A stretch of 64,000 nt of DNA, taken from assembly GCA_964542255.1 (NCBI GenBank), contig CAZITV010000001.1, forward strand, positions 28,860 to 92,859, in the 5' to 3' direction. The stretch is from an uncultured Victivallaceae bacterium. Lineage in GTDB: Bacteria; Verrucomicrobiota; Lentisphaeria; Victivallales; Victivallaceae. The translations under genes and the position numbers were made by a program. A model generated the notes under the pieces. It was not told the origin of the DNA, did not search any database, and worked only from the letters and a program-made list of their open reading frames with translations. Of this stretch, positions 55,288 through 64,000 are shown piece after piece (position 1 is the stretch's first letter; the number at the start of each line of letters is the position of its first letter).

Positions 55288-58257
55288 ATGGTGTTTATGA
55301 AGAAGTATTTATATGCAATCTTGTTTATCTCAATCCTGCTATTTGTAAATTGTTTATCTGCTGGCGATTGGATGTTGGATGACTTTGAATCAGGAGGGAA
55401 AAACTGGTATTTTCCTTCAGGTACTCAGACGGCTAGAATCGAATCAAGTGGTGATGAACATGGTAATGTTCTGCTGATGATTGCAGATAATAGTAACTTG
55501 GCAGTTAGTAGTCCAATAATCAAATTAGGACAGGAACTGAGTACAACGGAATCTTATGAATTATTTTATGAGGTTAAGTTAAACTCAATTACTGCCGGAA
55601 AACTTTCTGTATCACTGGTTTTTTCTGATGTTAATAACAAGTTTATAAAGCAATATTTTATAAAGAATTTTGAGGAGAATCAAACTACTGCAGGGTGGCA
55701 ATTTTATAATACCGTGTTTGGTAATAATACTGAAATGCCTTTTCCAGAAGGCGCATCTACGCTGCAAATTCGTTTTTCATTTTGGAACACAAATGGTATC
55801 AGCTCAGGCCAGGCGATGTTTGATCATATTAGGATTATTTCTTCCTCCACTTATAATCGTATTGCAAGAGATACTGTAAAAAATACTGATGCCGAAATTA
55901 TTGAACCACGTTTTGAAATTAACAATGAACACCATTATTACTGGATTGAGGCAGAAAAATTAGCTCCTGCCGATGCGTTTTATGGAAGTTTTAAATATCG
56001 CCATGCCTGGTCGAAAGTAAAAAACAGTATGCAAAATGAATCGGGTGATTGTGCATTAATACGGCCAATGATGCGCACTCAGGCTCAAGCAACTGCTGCA
56101 TTTCGCACCGGAAGAAGCGGATATTATAATATGTGGCTCAGAGCTAAATCTACCAAATCGACAGTACCTGCAGGAATCACTTGCGATTGGAATGGACGGA
56201 TGTTCGATATCCACATTCCTTCAACCGAAGCTAATTATTCGGAAAATTATAGCTGGATCAAGGTAAATCCTACAGCAGTTAAAATTAAAAGAACAAAGAC
56301 CAATATAGTTAAGTTTAGCAATAACCTAAATCCGGCGCAAAATTTATTGATAGACGCGTTTCTGGTCACGGATGACTTAAACTATGTGCCGCCTGAAAAG
56401 CTTCCACCACATCAATATTTTTCTGTTTTACCATATTCTGGAAACTCGATTTGTGCTACATTTTGGCATCCTGCCAGGTTAAATACCTCCTTATATATAT
56501 GCCGTGATTCATCTCAAAATTTTTTGATGCAATTACGAAATATGTGCAGTACTCCGTTGAATAATTTTGCCATTGAAATTACATTGCCTGAAGGAATAAC
56601 GATAGACAATCCAATCAATAGTACATTCCCGGCAAATTATGCCGGATTAAATGGCGTCTTCACAAGCTCGATCCCTAATGAATTTAATGAACAGAAAGTT
56701 TCAATCGAAAATAGGATATATAACAGGTATATTTTAAAATATAAAAAGGATATTCAACCATACGATCTTGAAAATAATTTGCGTTCATTATTTTTTCTTG
56801 TTCTTAATGCAGATAAAAAAATAGTGGAAGGTTCTTATCAGGTTGCTATCAAAGTTTTAGGTGATAAAATTACTCCCGGCAATTATATTCAAAATATTGA
56901 AATCATCCCTGAATTGGAGGCGGCTAAACCACGACTATATGAATGGGGAGTGGACGCAATATATTCTCCATTGTTGAACATAACCTCGCAAAAAAAAATT
57001 ATGCAGTCATTCGAACGTGCCGGGGTAACGGTGTGGGCTGAACGTATAACTGCTGGTGATCCGATCTTGTCAGCTAAAAATCGTGAACAGTGGAAAATGC
57101 TTGTCGGCAGTAAGAATATGCGTCTAGTTAATTGGGGTGATTGGTGGTGGCCAGGATGTTATAATAATGAATCAAGCAGAGATTATTTGCGGCGGCATCC
57201 AGATGCAATTGGTGCTTGGCGCAACGATGAAATCGGAAATGCATTAGCTGGAAAACTTCTTTGCCCGCAATATCTCATTCAGGGTTCAGGTGAATCATAT
57301 ATCCGAGAGCACCTTGAAAAAATGGTCGCGGAACTGCTTGATAATGGAGCGCGGGAATATATCGAGAATCTAGAGTGTTCCAATCCGGAGTCTTTTTGTT
57401 TTTGTCCAAACTGTAAACAGGAATTCTCGGAATTTAGCGGCATACCGATTCAATTAATTAAGGATTTAAACGCAGACAGGCTACTGCTTCTGCATAAAAA
57501 TAAATGGACTGAATTTCGCTGTAGACAAAATGCTAAAATCGTAGATAAAATAACAACAATGGCGCGACAAATCAATCCGGAAATTACCATCAGAGTTTTC
57601 GGAGATTTGCCTAACTCTATTGCTAAAACGCGTTTTGGCACCGACTGGCAACGCTTGCTGAAAATTAAGAATATCGAAGGTATTTATGCTGGCGGCAATA
57701 CTTATTTAGCAGAACATCTAGCAGAATTGTCAGAAATGTGCCGCCAGGAACGTAAATCGTTGGTCACTTTAGTTAAGTCAACATTGGGTATGCCATTTGG
57801 CAATAATGATTTAGGGCTGCGTAACCAGGCATACCTTGAAGCAAAAATTATTCACGATATAATGTGTGGCTCCAATGGTGTTTATATTTGGTGGTGGGGC
57901 ACTCTTGACGGGCGCTGTCTTACTGCCATAGCCAATGCGTCAAAAATTGGCGAGGAATTTGGTGATATCATTCTTGGCGGTCAACGTACTATTAAAAAAA
58001 TAGGGGTAACATCAGAATTTGTTTTAATAACAGTTGCAAACAACCGGGGCAAACTGGTTGCGCTGGTCAATCCTTCACTTTATTCTGAAGATATGATATT
58101 GGAGCCTGCACAAGTGCTTGGAGTATTTCCGGAAAAAACTGAAATAACAAATCTAATTACCAGAAAAATTGAAAAAAATGATACAATCAGGGCAAGAGTC
58201 GATGGGGTTTTCCGTCAGGGTGATTTTGCAATTTGGTATATTCCATGCGTGAAATAA
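55288..58257 (+). CDS. large secreted multidomain protein (CBM-like N-terminal modules plus putative TIM-barrel glycoside-hydrolase-like C-terminal region)
   Basis: Signal peptide MKKYLYAILFISILLFVNCLSA (alternative start at 55297). DWMLDDFESGG...NW is a CBM-like opening. The WIEAEKL...YNMWLRAKS module and the FCFCPNCKQEFSEF Cys cluster resemble those in GH42-type barrels (from memory). Confidence 0.6.
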   Translation: MVFMKKYLYAILFISILLFVNCLSAGDWMLDDFESGGKNWYFPSGTQTARIESSGDEHGNVLLMIADNSNLAVSSPIIKLGQELSTTESYELFYEVKLNSITAGKLSVSLVFSDVNNKFIKQYFIKNFEENQTTAGWQFYNTVFGNNTEMPFPEGASTLQIRFSFWNTNGISSGQAMFDHIRIISSSTYNRIARDTVKNTDAEIIEPRFEINNEHHYYWIEAEKLAPADAFYGSFKYRHAWSKVKNSMQNESGDCALIRPMMRTQAQATAAFRTGRSGYYNMWLRAKSTKSTVPAGITCDWNGRMFDIHIPSTEANYSENYSWIKVNPTAVKIKRTKTNIVKFSNNLNPAQNLLIDAFLVTDDLNYVPPEKLPPHQYFSVLPYSGNSICATFWHPARLNTSLYICRDSSQNFLMQLRNMCSTPLNNFAIEITLPEGITIDNPINSTFPANYAGLNGVFTSSIPNEFNEQKVSIENRIYNRYILKYKKDIQPYDLENNLRSLFFLVLNADKKIVEGSYQVAIKVLGDKITPGNYIQNIEIIPELEAAKPRLYEWGVDAIYSPLLNITSQKKIMQSFERAGVTVWAERITAGDPILSAKNREQWKMLVGSKNMRLVNWGDWWWPGCYNNESSRDYLRRHPDAIGAWRNDEIGNALAGKLLCPQYLIQGSGESYIREHLEKMVAELLDNGAREYIENLECSNPESFCFCPNCKQEFSEFSGIPIQLIKDLNADRLLLLHKNKWTEFRCRQNAKIVDKITTMARQINPEITIRVFGDLPNSIAKTRFGTDWQRLLKIKNIEGIYAGGNTYLAEHLAELSEMCRQERKSLVTLVKSTLGMPFGNNDLGLRNQAYLEAKIIHDIMCGSNGVYIWWWGTLDGRCLTAIANASKIGEEFGDIILGGQRTIKKIGVTSEFVLITVANNRGKLVALVNPSLYSEDMILEPAQVLGVFPEKTEITNLITRKIEKNDTIRARVDGVFRQGDFAIWYIPCVK

Positions 58258-58444
58258 TTTAATTTATTTTAACATAGTCTTGACGTGATTTCGAGCAATA
58301 TCAAAAAATTACTATGGAAGCATAATATGAATATTTTGGTACTGTAATGAAATGTAATGTTATCATTTAATAAAAATTATAACAACTGCAGTGCGGTCGT
58401 TTTAAGATTAAACAGTTTCATTTACAACATAGGATGTTTATTTT

Positions 58445-59461
58445 ATGGCTAAAATTATTTGCATGAGTGCCGCTGACATTGCTTGGAAAAAAATGGTTGC
58501 TCTACTGTTCAAACCTTTTTGTTTTACGAAGTGGTTTTATCTAGGCTTCTGTGTTTGGATGGCTACACTGCTCGACGGCAGCAGTAATTTTTACAATTAC
58601 CGTGTGCCGCAAAAAAATGAAAAAAATGAGAGCTCGAGGGAATTTATTAATGCGCTGGACAGGATTTTTAATGGCGAATCCGGCACGTTTTTATCTAGGA
58701 GTTCGGCTGAACTAAAAATTCCTGAACAATACATTACACTAATCATTGCTTCGATAATCATTTTTCTAGTTATACTCCTTTTAATAACAGTCATCTTGAT
58801 TTGGTTTCGTTCAAGATTTAAACTAATTTTATTAGATAACTTAATTCATGATCAAACTGAAATTATATCCGCATGGCGTAAGTTCAGGGCAGGCGGCAAT
58901 AATATATTTAGTTGGTATATCATTTTAGGTGTCATCGCAATTTTACTTTATAGTGTCTGTTTTATCGTTGCCGCGTTTGGATTTATCCCTTGGTTTCGAG
59001 CTTGTTTGCTTAATCATAAGCTATTGACTCCAGAAGCATTTCATATATTTTTAATGGCAACTGCCATGTCATTTATGTGTATTATTACTATAGCCTTTGC
59101 TTTAATTAATTTTATATTTGATGAATTAGTGATACCTGTTATATATTGGACTGGAAGTAGTGTAATGCCTGCTTGGGTAAAAATAGGGATATTATTAAGA
59201 GCTAACTTGGGTAGTTTTTGCCGCTATCTATGTTTATATTTAATTTTTTCAATAATAGCCGGCAGTGCAATAATTCTCGCAGGATTATTGACCTGCTGTC
59301 TGGGATTATTATTATTGTTGATCCCGATAATTGGTACCGTGATTATTTTACCTGTTCCAGTATTCTTTAAATTTTTCAGTTTAGAATTTCTTGCCGCAAT
59401 GGATAACAGTATGCAGTTGACAACAAATAACGCAGCGCTTGATATCGAATTAATGCATTAG
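58445..59461 (+). CDS. polytopic membrane protein of unknown function
   Basis: 338-aa ORF with about 6 TM segments. N-terminus LLFKPFCFTKWFYLGFCVWMA. Same strand as the 989-aa gene, 187 nt downstream. Confidence 0.55.
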   Translation: MAKIICMSAADIAWKKMVALLFKPFCFTKWFYLGFCVWMATLLDGSSNFYNYRVPQKNEKNESSREFINALDRIFNGESGTFLSRSSAELKIPEQYITLIIASIIIFLVILLLITVILIWFRSRFKLILLDNLIHDQTEIISAWRKFRAGGNNIFSWYIILGVIAILLYSVCFIVAAFGFIPWFRACLLNHKLLTPEAFHIFLMATAMSFMCIITIAFALINFIFDELVIPVIYWTGSSVMPAWVKIGILLRANLGSFCRYLCLYLIFSIIAGSAIILAGLLTCCLGLLLLLIPIIGTVIILPVPVFFKFFSLEFLAAMDNSMQLTTNNAALDIELMH

Positions 59462-59634
59462 TGTTTTTACAACAAAATCAACTCAAAGAGCCACATGCAA
59501 TGTCCTAAACGCATTAAGCGCAAGGCGATGTTGGTGGAATGGTAGTAGTGCCATGAAAGCGAAATAGGCTGTTGTGTTTGTCAGAAGTATTATCGTAACT
59601 GGCTTATTTTAATTTCGCTAATAAATAATTCTAA

Positions 59635-61932
59635 CTAGTCATGTAAATCTAATTTTTTGGATTTAAAAGCTGCTTTCATTAGCTCTGTTACCTCAGCAGC
59701 ATTCTGTTTACGAAGAGATTTTTTTAATAACGATTTGCACTCGTCAAATGAAAACGCGCCGATTGCACTTCTAATTTTAGGCATCAATTTTGGCGGCATA
59801 CTCAACTCATAAATACCTGCTCCGAGCAATAAAGGTGCAGCTAATGCGTTGCCTGCCATCTCACCACATACAGAAAGACCTTTTTCTGGATGCTTGCTTA
59901 ACGTTTTAGCAACTCTTACAAGCGTTTCCAGAAAAAGTGGGTTCAGGCAGTCATGCGCAGACTCTTTTGCTCTCCCGCGTTCAGCCGCAAAAAGGTATTG
60001 CTGTAAATCATTTGTTCCGATACTGAAAAAGTCAACATGTGGAATAAAATGACGCAATCCGGTAAGCACAACAGGTACCTCCAGCATCATGCCAAACTGA
60101 TAATTGGAAGAGAAATTAATGTTTTCCTTGGTGAGCTCATTTTCAACATCTTGCAATAATACGCGTATTGCCAGCAGTTCATCAACGCTTGAAATCATTG
60201 GGAATAATATTTTTAATCGGCTATTCACTCCAGCCCTGAGGATTGCTCTAAGATGAGTTTTGAATATGTCAGGGTAACTCATCAACAAGCGAATGCCGCG
60301 AACGCCCAGTGCCGGATTCTCCTCGTGTGGCATATTTAGAAAATTAAGCTGTTTGTCACCGCCAGCATCAAGTACCCTCAATGTAATTTCTCCTTTGCAT
60401 GCAGCAACAACTTTTGAAAAAACTTTATACTGTATATCTTCTGCTGGTTGATATTCTCTAATTATGAAAAGAAATTCAGTTCGGTACAGACCTATACCGT
60501 CTGCACCATATTTTTGCAGTAATGGAGTTTCGCATATTAACGAAATATTTGCACGGAGAAAAACTCTGACACCGTCCGATGTGACGCATGCGCCGGTAGC
60601 AATCTTAGGTTCTGGTTCTGACGCAGCCGATAATAGTTCATTGAAATTCGACTTTAATTTTTCACTAGGATTTATATAAACTCTCTCAGCGTGACAATCA
60701 AGAATAATCTGGTCAAAATTATTGACCTGATCCATAATCCCTGCCGCACCTAGTAACGCGGGGATTTCGAGAGCTCTGGTCAAAATTGCAACATGACTGG
60801 TTGCACCGCCTTTTTCGCAAATTAGCCCGGCGATTTGTTCAACTGGTAAGCGCAGCAGGTCGGATGGTAAAAGTTCTTTTGCAACTAAAATCATTTTTTG
60901 CGAGTGAAAGTCAAAGCTCTGTTGTTCATTTGAGCTTTCACGCAAGAAATGTACCGCTTCGAGCAGTCGGAGCATAACATCTTTAAAGTCCATTAGACGG
61001 TCACGAAAAGTCCTGTCATTGATACTCAAAAATTTACGTTCAAAGCGCCTGTATACCATTGCAATGCTATATTCTAAAGTATGACCTTCATCAGTTATCT
61101 CCCGCCTGATTTCGTCCAAAATTGTTTTATCTTCAAGGAAAAGCAAATGGGCGTTAAAGATTGACGCATCAGCCTCAGAAATAATCGACAATGCCCTGTT
61201 TTCTAAATCAATTGTATTAGCTTTTGTCAATGTTATAGAATAGTTTAATAATTCTAGCTCATCGTGCAGATTGGAGTGATTGCAATGCTCAATTTCATCA
61301 AGCATTTCTCTTGCTTCAAATTTAAACACTTCACCGATGACAACACCACTGTTGACTGCCGTGCCGCTGATGACGATATTGTCTGCAACTTTATCATTTG
61401 TCTTGGCTGACTGTAGTGGCAATGCAAGATTTTTCAAAATTCCAGCATTGATAATCAAATTTGCCAGTTGAGGTGCCAGACTTTTCGCCATGTCAACAAT
61501 TGCTGGCGAAAAAATTGCCGACTCTTTGCGCTGCAAAGTCATAACACCAACATTTTTTCCAGAACAAACTAGTGGCACCCCGAAAAAAGAATTATAAGAA
61601 TCTTCACCGGTTTTTTTAAAATAAATAAAATCTGGATGACTGGCTGGGTTGACTATGTTGATGATAGAGTTATTTTTGAAGCAACTTCCGGTTAATCCCT
61701 TGCCTGACATCATTTTGACGTTACCGATTGAGTCAGGATTCAAGCCGCAGGTGGCAGTTAAAATAATTTCATCAGTAACTGAGTTATATTCATAGATTGA
61801 GCAAACATCAACTTCGAGATTTACTGCAAGAATATTTACGATTTTTTGTAAGATTTCACCACTGTCGTCAACATTCGCAATCATTTCCGCGATATTTCTT
61901 AGGACAGTTAAAAGTTTTTCTGATATAACCAT
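59635..61932 (-). CDS. ptsP: phosphoenolpyruvate-protein phosphotransferase PtsP (GAF domain plus Enzyme I)
   Basis: N-terminal GAF (VDVCSIYEY...GLTG), phospho-His region GGATSHVAILTRALEIPA, GIGLYRTEFLF, FFSIGTNDLQQY. 765 aa. Confidence 0.9.
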   Translation of the reverse strand: MVISEKLLTVLRNIAEMIANVDDSGEILQKIVNILAVNLEVDVCSIYEYNSVTDEIILTATCGLNPDSIGNVKMMSGKGLTGSCFKNNSIINIVNPASHPDFIYFKKTGEDSYNSFFGVPLVCSGKNVGVMTLQRKESAIFSPAIVDMAKSLAPQLANLIINAGILKNLALPLQSAKTNDKVADNIVISGTAVNSGVVIGEVFKFEAREMLDEIEHCNHSNLHDELELLNYSITLTKANTIDLENRALSIISEADASIFNAHLLFLEDKTILDEIRREITDEGHTLEYSIAMVYRRFERKFLSINDRTFRDRLMDFKDVMLRLLEAVHFLRESSNEQQSFDFHSQKMILVAKELLPSDLLRLPVEQIAGLICEKGGATSHVAILTRALEIPALLGAAGIMDQVNNFDQIILDCHAERVYINPSEKLKSNFNELLSAASEPEPKIATGACVTSDGVRVFLRANISLICETPLLQKYGADGIGLYRTEFLFIIREYQPAEDIQYKVFSKVVAACKGEITLRVLDAGGDKQLNFLNMPHEENPALGVRGIRLLMSYPDIFKTHLRAILRAGVNSRLKILFPMISSVDELLAIRVLLQDVENELTKENINFSSNYQFGMMLEVPVVLTGLRHFIPHVDFFSIGTNDLQQYLFAAERGRAKESAHDCLNPLFLETLVRVAKTLSKHPEKGLSVCGEMAGNALAAPLLLGAGIYELSMPPKLMPKIRSAIGAFSFDECKSLLKKSLRKQNAAEVTELMKAAFKSKKLDLHD

Positions 61933-61959
61933 TACTTACCTGAAAATTTCATATTTTAC

Positions 61960-61987
61960 TTGCAATCTATAAATAACAAGTTATAAT
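61960..61987 (+). promoter_or_regulatory. candidate sigma70-type promoter for lpxB (TTGCAA-16 nt-TATAAT)
   Basis: TTGCAA at 61960-61965 and TATAAT at 61982-61987 with a 16-nt spacer, about 95 nt upstream of the lpxB ATG. Confidence 0.4.
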
Positions 61988-62080
61988 CTAACTTCACAAA
62001 TCATTATTTCAATGCTGTTGAACTAATTTTGAAATTATATTGAGTTTCCAGATGAAATATTGTTAAGGCTAAAAAAAAAT

Positions 62081-63304
62081 ATGACAAAAATTGGTCTTTA
62101 TAAAATATGGATTTTCGCAGGAGAAGCTTCTGGTGACATATATGGAGCTAGACTGTCTGAAGAACTACAGCTAACCGCTGCGAAAAACAACTGCGATATA
62201 ATAATATCTGGTATGGGTGGCCCAGAGATGCGGAAATCCGGGGTAAATATTATTGTTGACTCAACTGAATTGGGTGTCGTTGGCTTGATTGAAGTTTTTA
62301 AACATATTTTTAAATTTATTTATCTTTTTCTTACCCTTGTGCTGCGTGCTAAAAAAGAACGACCTGACGCTGTTGTTTTAATCGACTATCCTTTTTTTAA
62401 TCTCCGATTTGCGACAGTAATGAAATTTTACAACATCCCGGTTATTTGGTACGTTAGCCCGCACGTTTGGACTTGGGGAAAGCACCGCATTCATAAACTG
62501 GCCAAATATTGCCGCCGGATGCTGGTTATATTTCCATTTGAAACTGAAGTGTACGCCTCATCTGGATTGCCGACAGAATTTGTTGGTCATCCGTTAGTTG
62601 ATATCGTAACTTCACGGTTTGATAGTACGATTGTCAGGGATAATGATACGGTGCTTTTGCTGCCTGGAAGTAGGTCAATGGAAATTAGCCGTTTGCTTAT
62701 TCCAATGCTGCAAACTGCGATACTGCTTTACCAGAAACATCCACAATTAAAATTTATCATCTCAACTCCTCGAGAAAAAGTAAAATTAATGTGTCAGAGC
62801 ATACTAACAAATTTTCATAACGCAAATAAACACAATAAACTACCTGAAATTAAAATTACATGTGGAGAAACTGCGTTTTGGCTGCAAAAAGCTGGAACGG
62901 GTTTGGCTGCGTCAGGCACAATTACCGTAGAATCGGCAATCGCCGGACTGCCGCTGGTGGTAGCATATAAACTTAACTTGGCAACTTTACTTGTAGCTGG
63001 ATTGCTGGTTAAACTTTATCGGGGTTATTTCACAATGACAAACATTATTGCCAACAAACAAGTTTTTGAAGAATTTCTGCAATGGCGCGCCAGCCCAAAA
63101 AATATGGCAGATGCACTGACTAGGATTCTGCCCGGAGGAGAACGCCGTACAGAGGTCGAACAAGACTTATTGAATATTACTGCTATGTTGCGTTGCGGCA
63201 GTGCCGGCGCATGCGCCAAGGCTGCAAATTCGTGTTATGATTTTATAATAACAAACAGACAAAAGCAATTAAACATTGTTGAATCCTCTCAAAATAAACT
63301 ATAG
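62081..63304 (+). CDS. lpxB: lipid-A-disaccharide synthase
   Basis: IWIFAGEASGDIYGARL, IDYPFFNLR, YVSPHVWTWG, LPGSR, SGTITVESA. Start set to the ATG at 62081; the ORF-track TTG is at 62060. Confidence 0.9.
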   Translation: MTKIGLYKIWIFAGEASGDIYGARLSEELQLTAAKNNCDIIISGMGGPEMRKSGVNIIVDSTELGVVGLIEVFKHIFKFIYLFLTLVLRAKKERPDAVVLIDYPFFNLRFATVMKFYNIPVIWYVSPHVWTWGKHRIHKLAKYCRRMLVIFPFETEVYASSGLPTEFVGHPLVDIVTSRFDSTIVRDNDTVLLLPGSRSMEISRLLIPMLQTAILLYQKHPQLKFIISTPREKVKLMCQSILTNFHNANKHNKLPEIKITCGETAFWLQKAGTGLAASGTITVESAIAGLPLVVAYKLNLATLLVAGLLVKLYRGYFTMTNIIANKQVFEEFLQWRASPKNMADALTRILPGGERRTEVEQDLLNITAMLRCGSAGACAKAANSCYDFIITNRQKQLNIVESSQNKL

Positions 63305-63315
63305 GATGCTGAATA

Positions 63316-64000
63316 ATGAGTGATTTCATAAATCCTTTTGGCACTAACGCAACTTGTTATAAAGCAAACTTACACACTCACAGTACCACCTCGGATGGCA
63401 AATTATCAGTTGAAGAGCTGTGCCGTGCTTACCGCAAACGTAAATATGATATTATCGCTGTGACTGACCATTACCGCAGCAATGCGGTAAGCGCCCTGAT
63501 TGGTTCTGAAATTACTGTTATTAATGGTATGGAATTTCATCCGCAAGGACCACGCAATATTCTTTTCCATATTGTTGCGCTCAATATTCCTGAAAATTTC
63601 AAGCATCCGTCTTCGCTTACATGCCAAGACGGTATTAAGAGGGTGATTGCTGCCGGTGGCGAATGTTTTCTAGCCCATCCCTACTGGAGCGGTTTTACAG
63701 TTGCTGATATTCTGCCTTTGAACGGGTTGATAATCGGGATAGAGGTGTTTAACAGCGCAAGCCGATACATCGGCAAGTCTTTCAGTATGCAGATATGGGA
63801 TGATTTACTTGATGCGGGCATGATGGTTCCAGCGTTCGCAGTGGATGACACTCATAATCCACGTGATATGTTTCGCGGTTGGACAATGATTTGTGCCAAA
63901 GATAAATCGGCAACGGCAGTAATGGAAGCCATCAAACATGGACATTTTTATTCAACAATGGGACCTGAATTTCATAAGATTTCACTCAAGGGAAGAACAT
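63316..64000 (+). CDS. PHP-domain metallophosphoesterase, 3'-truncated by window edge
   Basis: Not in the ORF track because there is no stop before the window end. From the ATG at 63316 it reads MSDFINPFG...KANLHTHSTTSDGKLS...IIAVTDH...FLAHPYW...DDTHN, the His/Asp metal motifs typical of PHP domains. Confidence 0.72.
   Translation, partial: MSDFINPFGTNATCYKANLHTHSTTSDGKLSVEELCRAYRKRKYDIIAVTDHYRSNAVSALIGSEITVINGMEFHPQGPRNILFHIVALNIPENFKHPSSLTCQDGIKRVIAAGGECFLAHPYWSGFTVADILPLNGLIIGIEVFNSASRYIGKSFSMQIWDDLLDAGMMVPAFAVDDTHNPRDMFRGWTMICAKDKSATAVMEAIKHGHFYSTMGPEFHKISLKGRT

Noticed and set aside
63406-63627. 73-aa minus-strand ORF near the right edge
   Set aside because: It is antisense to an open plus-strand frame that carries PHP-domain metal motifs (HTHS..SDG, DH, HP, DD.H).
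1-64000. Search by eye for tRNA/rRNA genes, tmRNA, RNase P RNA, CRISPR repeats, transposases, integrases, toxin-antitoxin pairs and known defence genes
   Set aside because: No T-loop GGTTCGAATCC-type sequences, no GAGGAAAGTCC, no regularly spaced direct repeats and no recognisable mobile-element or defence protein motifs were seen. By-eye scanning can miss divergent RNAs, so an Infernal/tRNAscan run is still advisable.

Overview
A 64-kb chromosomal segment from a low-GC (about 35-42% by hand count) diderm bacterium, shown by BamA, LpxB, an MlaFED-like transporter and RlpA. NrdR, an anaerobic sulfatase-maturase-type radical SAM enzyme and full-length NifU suggest an anaerobic or facultative lifestyle. 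The taxon cannot be assigned from sequence alone; a PVC/Lentisphaerota-like organism is only a guess. Coding density is high and I support about 55 CDS. Most are housekeeping: prs-rplY-pth, rpsF-ssb-rpsR-rplI-dnaB-bamA, proS, nifU, tkt, ruvB, tyrA, hom-ask, gmd-fcl, ptsP and lpxB. I found no rRNA, tRNA, CRISPR array, transposase, integrase or recognisable defence system. The most unusual items, in rough order of interest:

1. A 703-aa polytopic protein that looks like a full-length membrane pyrophosphatase (H_PPase fold) but has lost essentially all conserved Asp/Lys catalytic motifs.
2. nrdR translationally coupled (TAATG overlap) to a 315-aa protein whose N-terminus looks like a degenerate copy of NrdR's own ATP-cone.
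3. An nfeD-floA-floA operon with two anciently duplicated flotillin-like paralogues and two small membrane-anchored proteins.
4. Envelope-glycosylation modules: two tandem ArnT-like GT-C transferases plus a methyltransferase, and GT2-DUF2304 joined to mlaEFD.
5. A 989-aa secreted multidomain protein and a polytopic partner, divergent from gmd-fcl.
6. A Cys-rich tail on transketolase and a SEC-C tail on the anSME-like enzyme.
7. A GC-rich (about 53-58%) three-gene block at the left edge.

All homology calls come from by-eye motif recognition. No searches were run.
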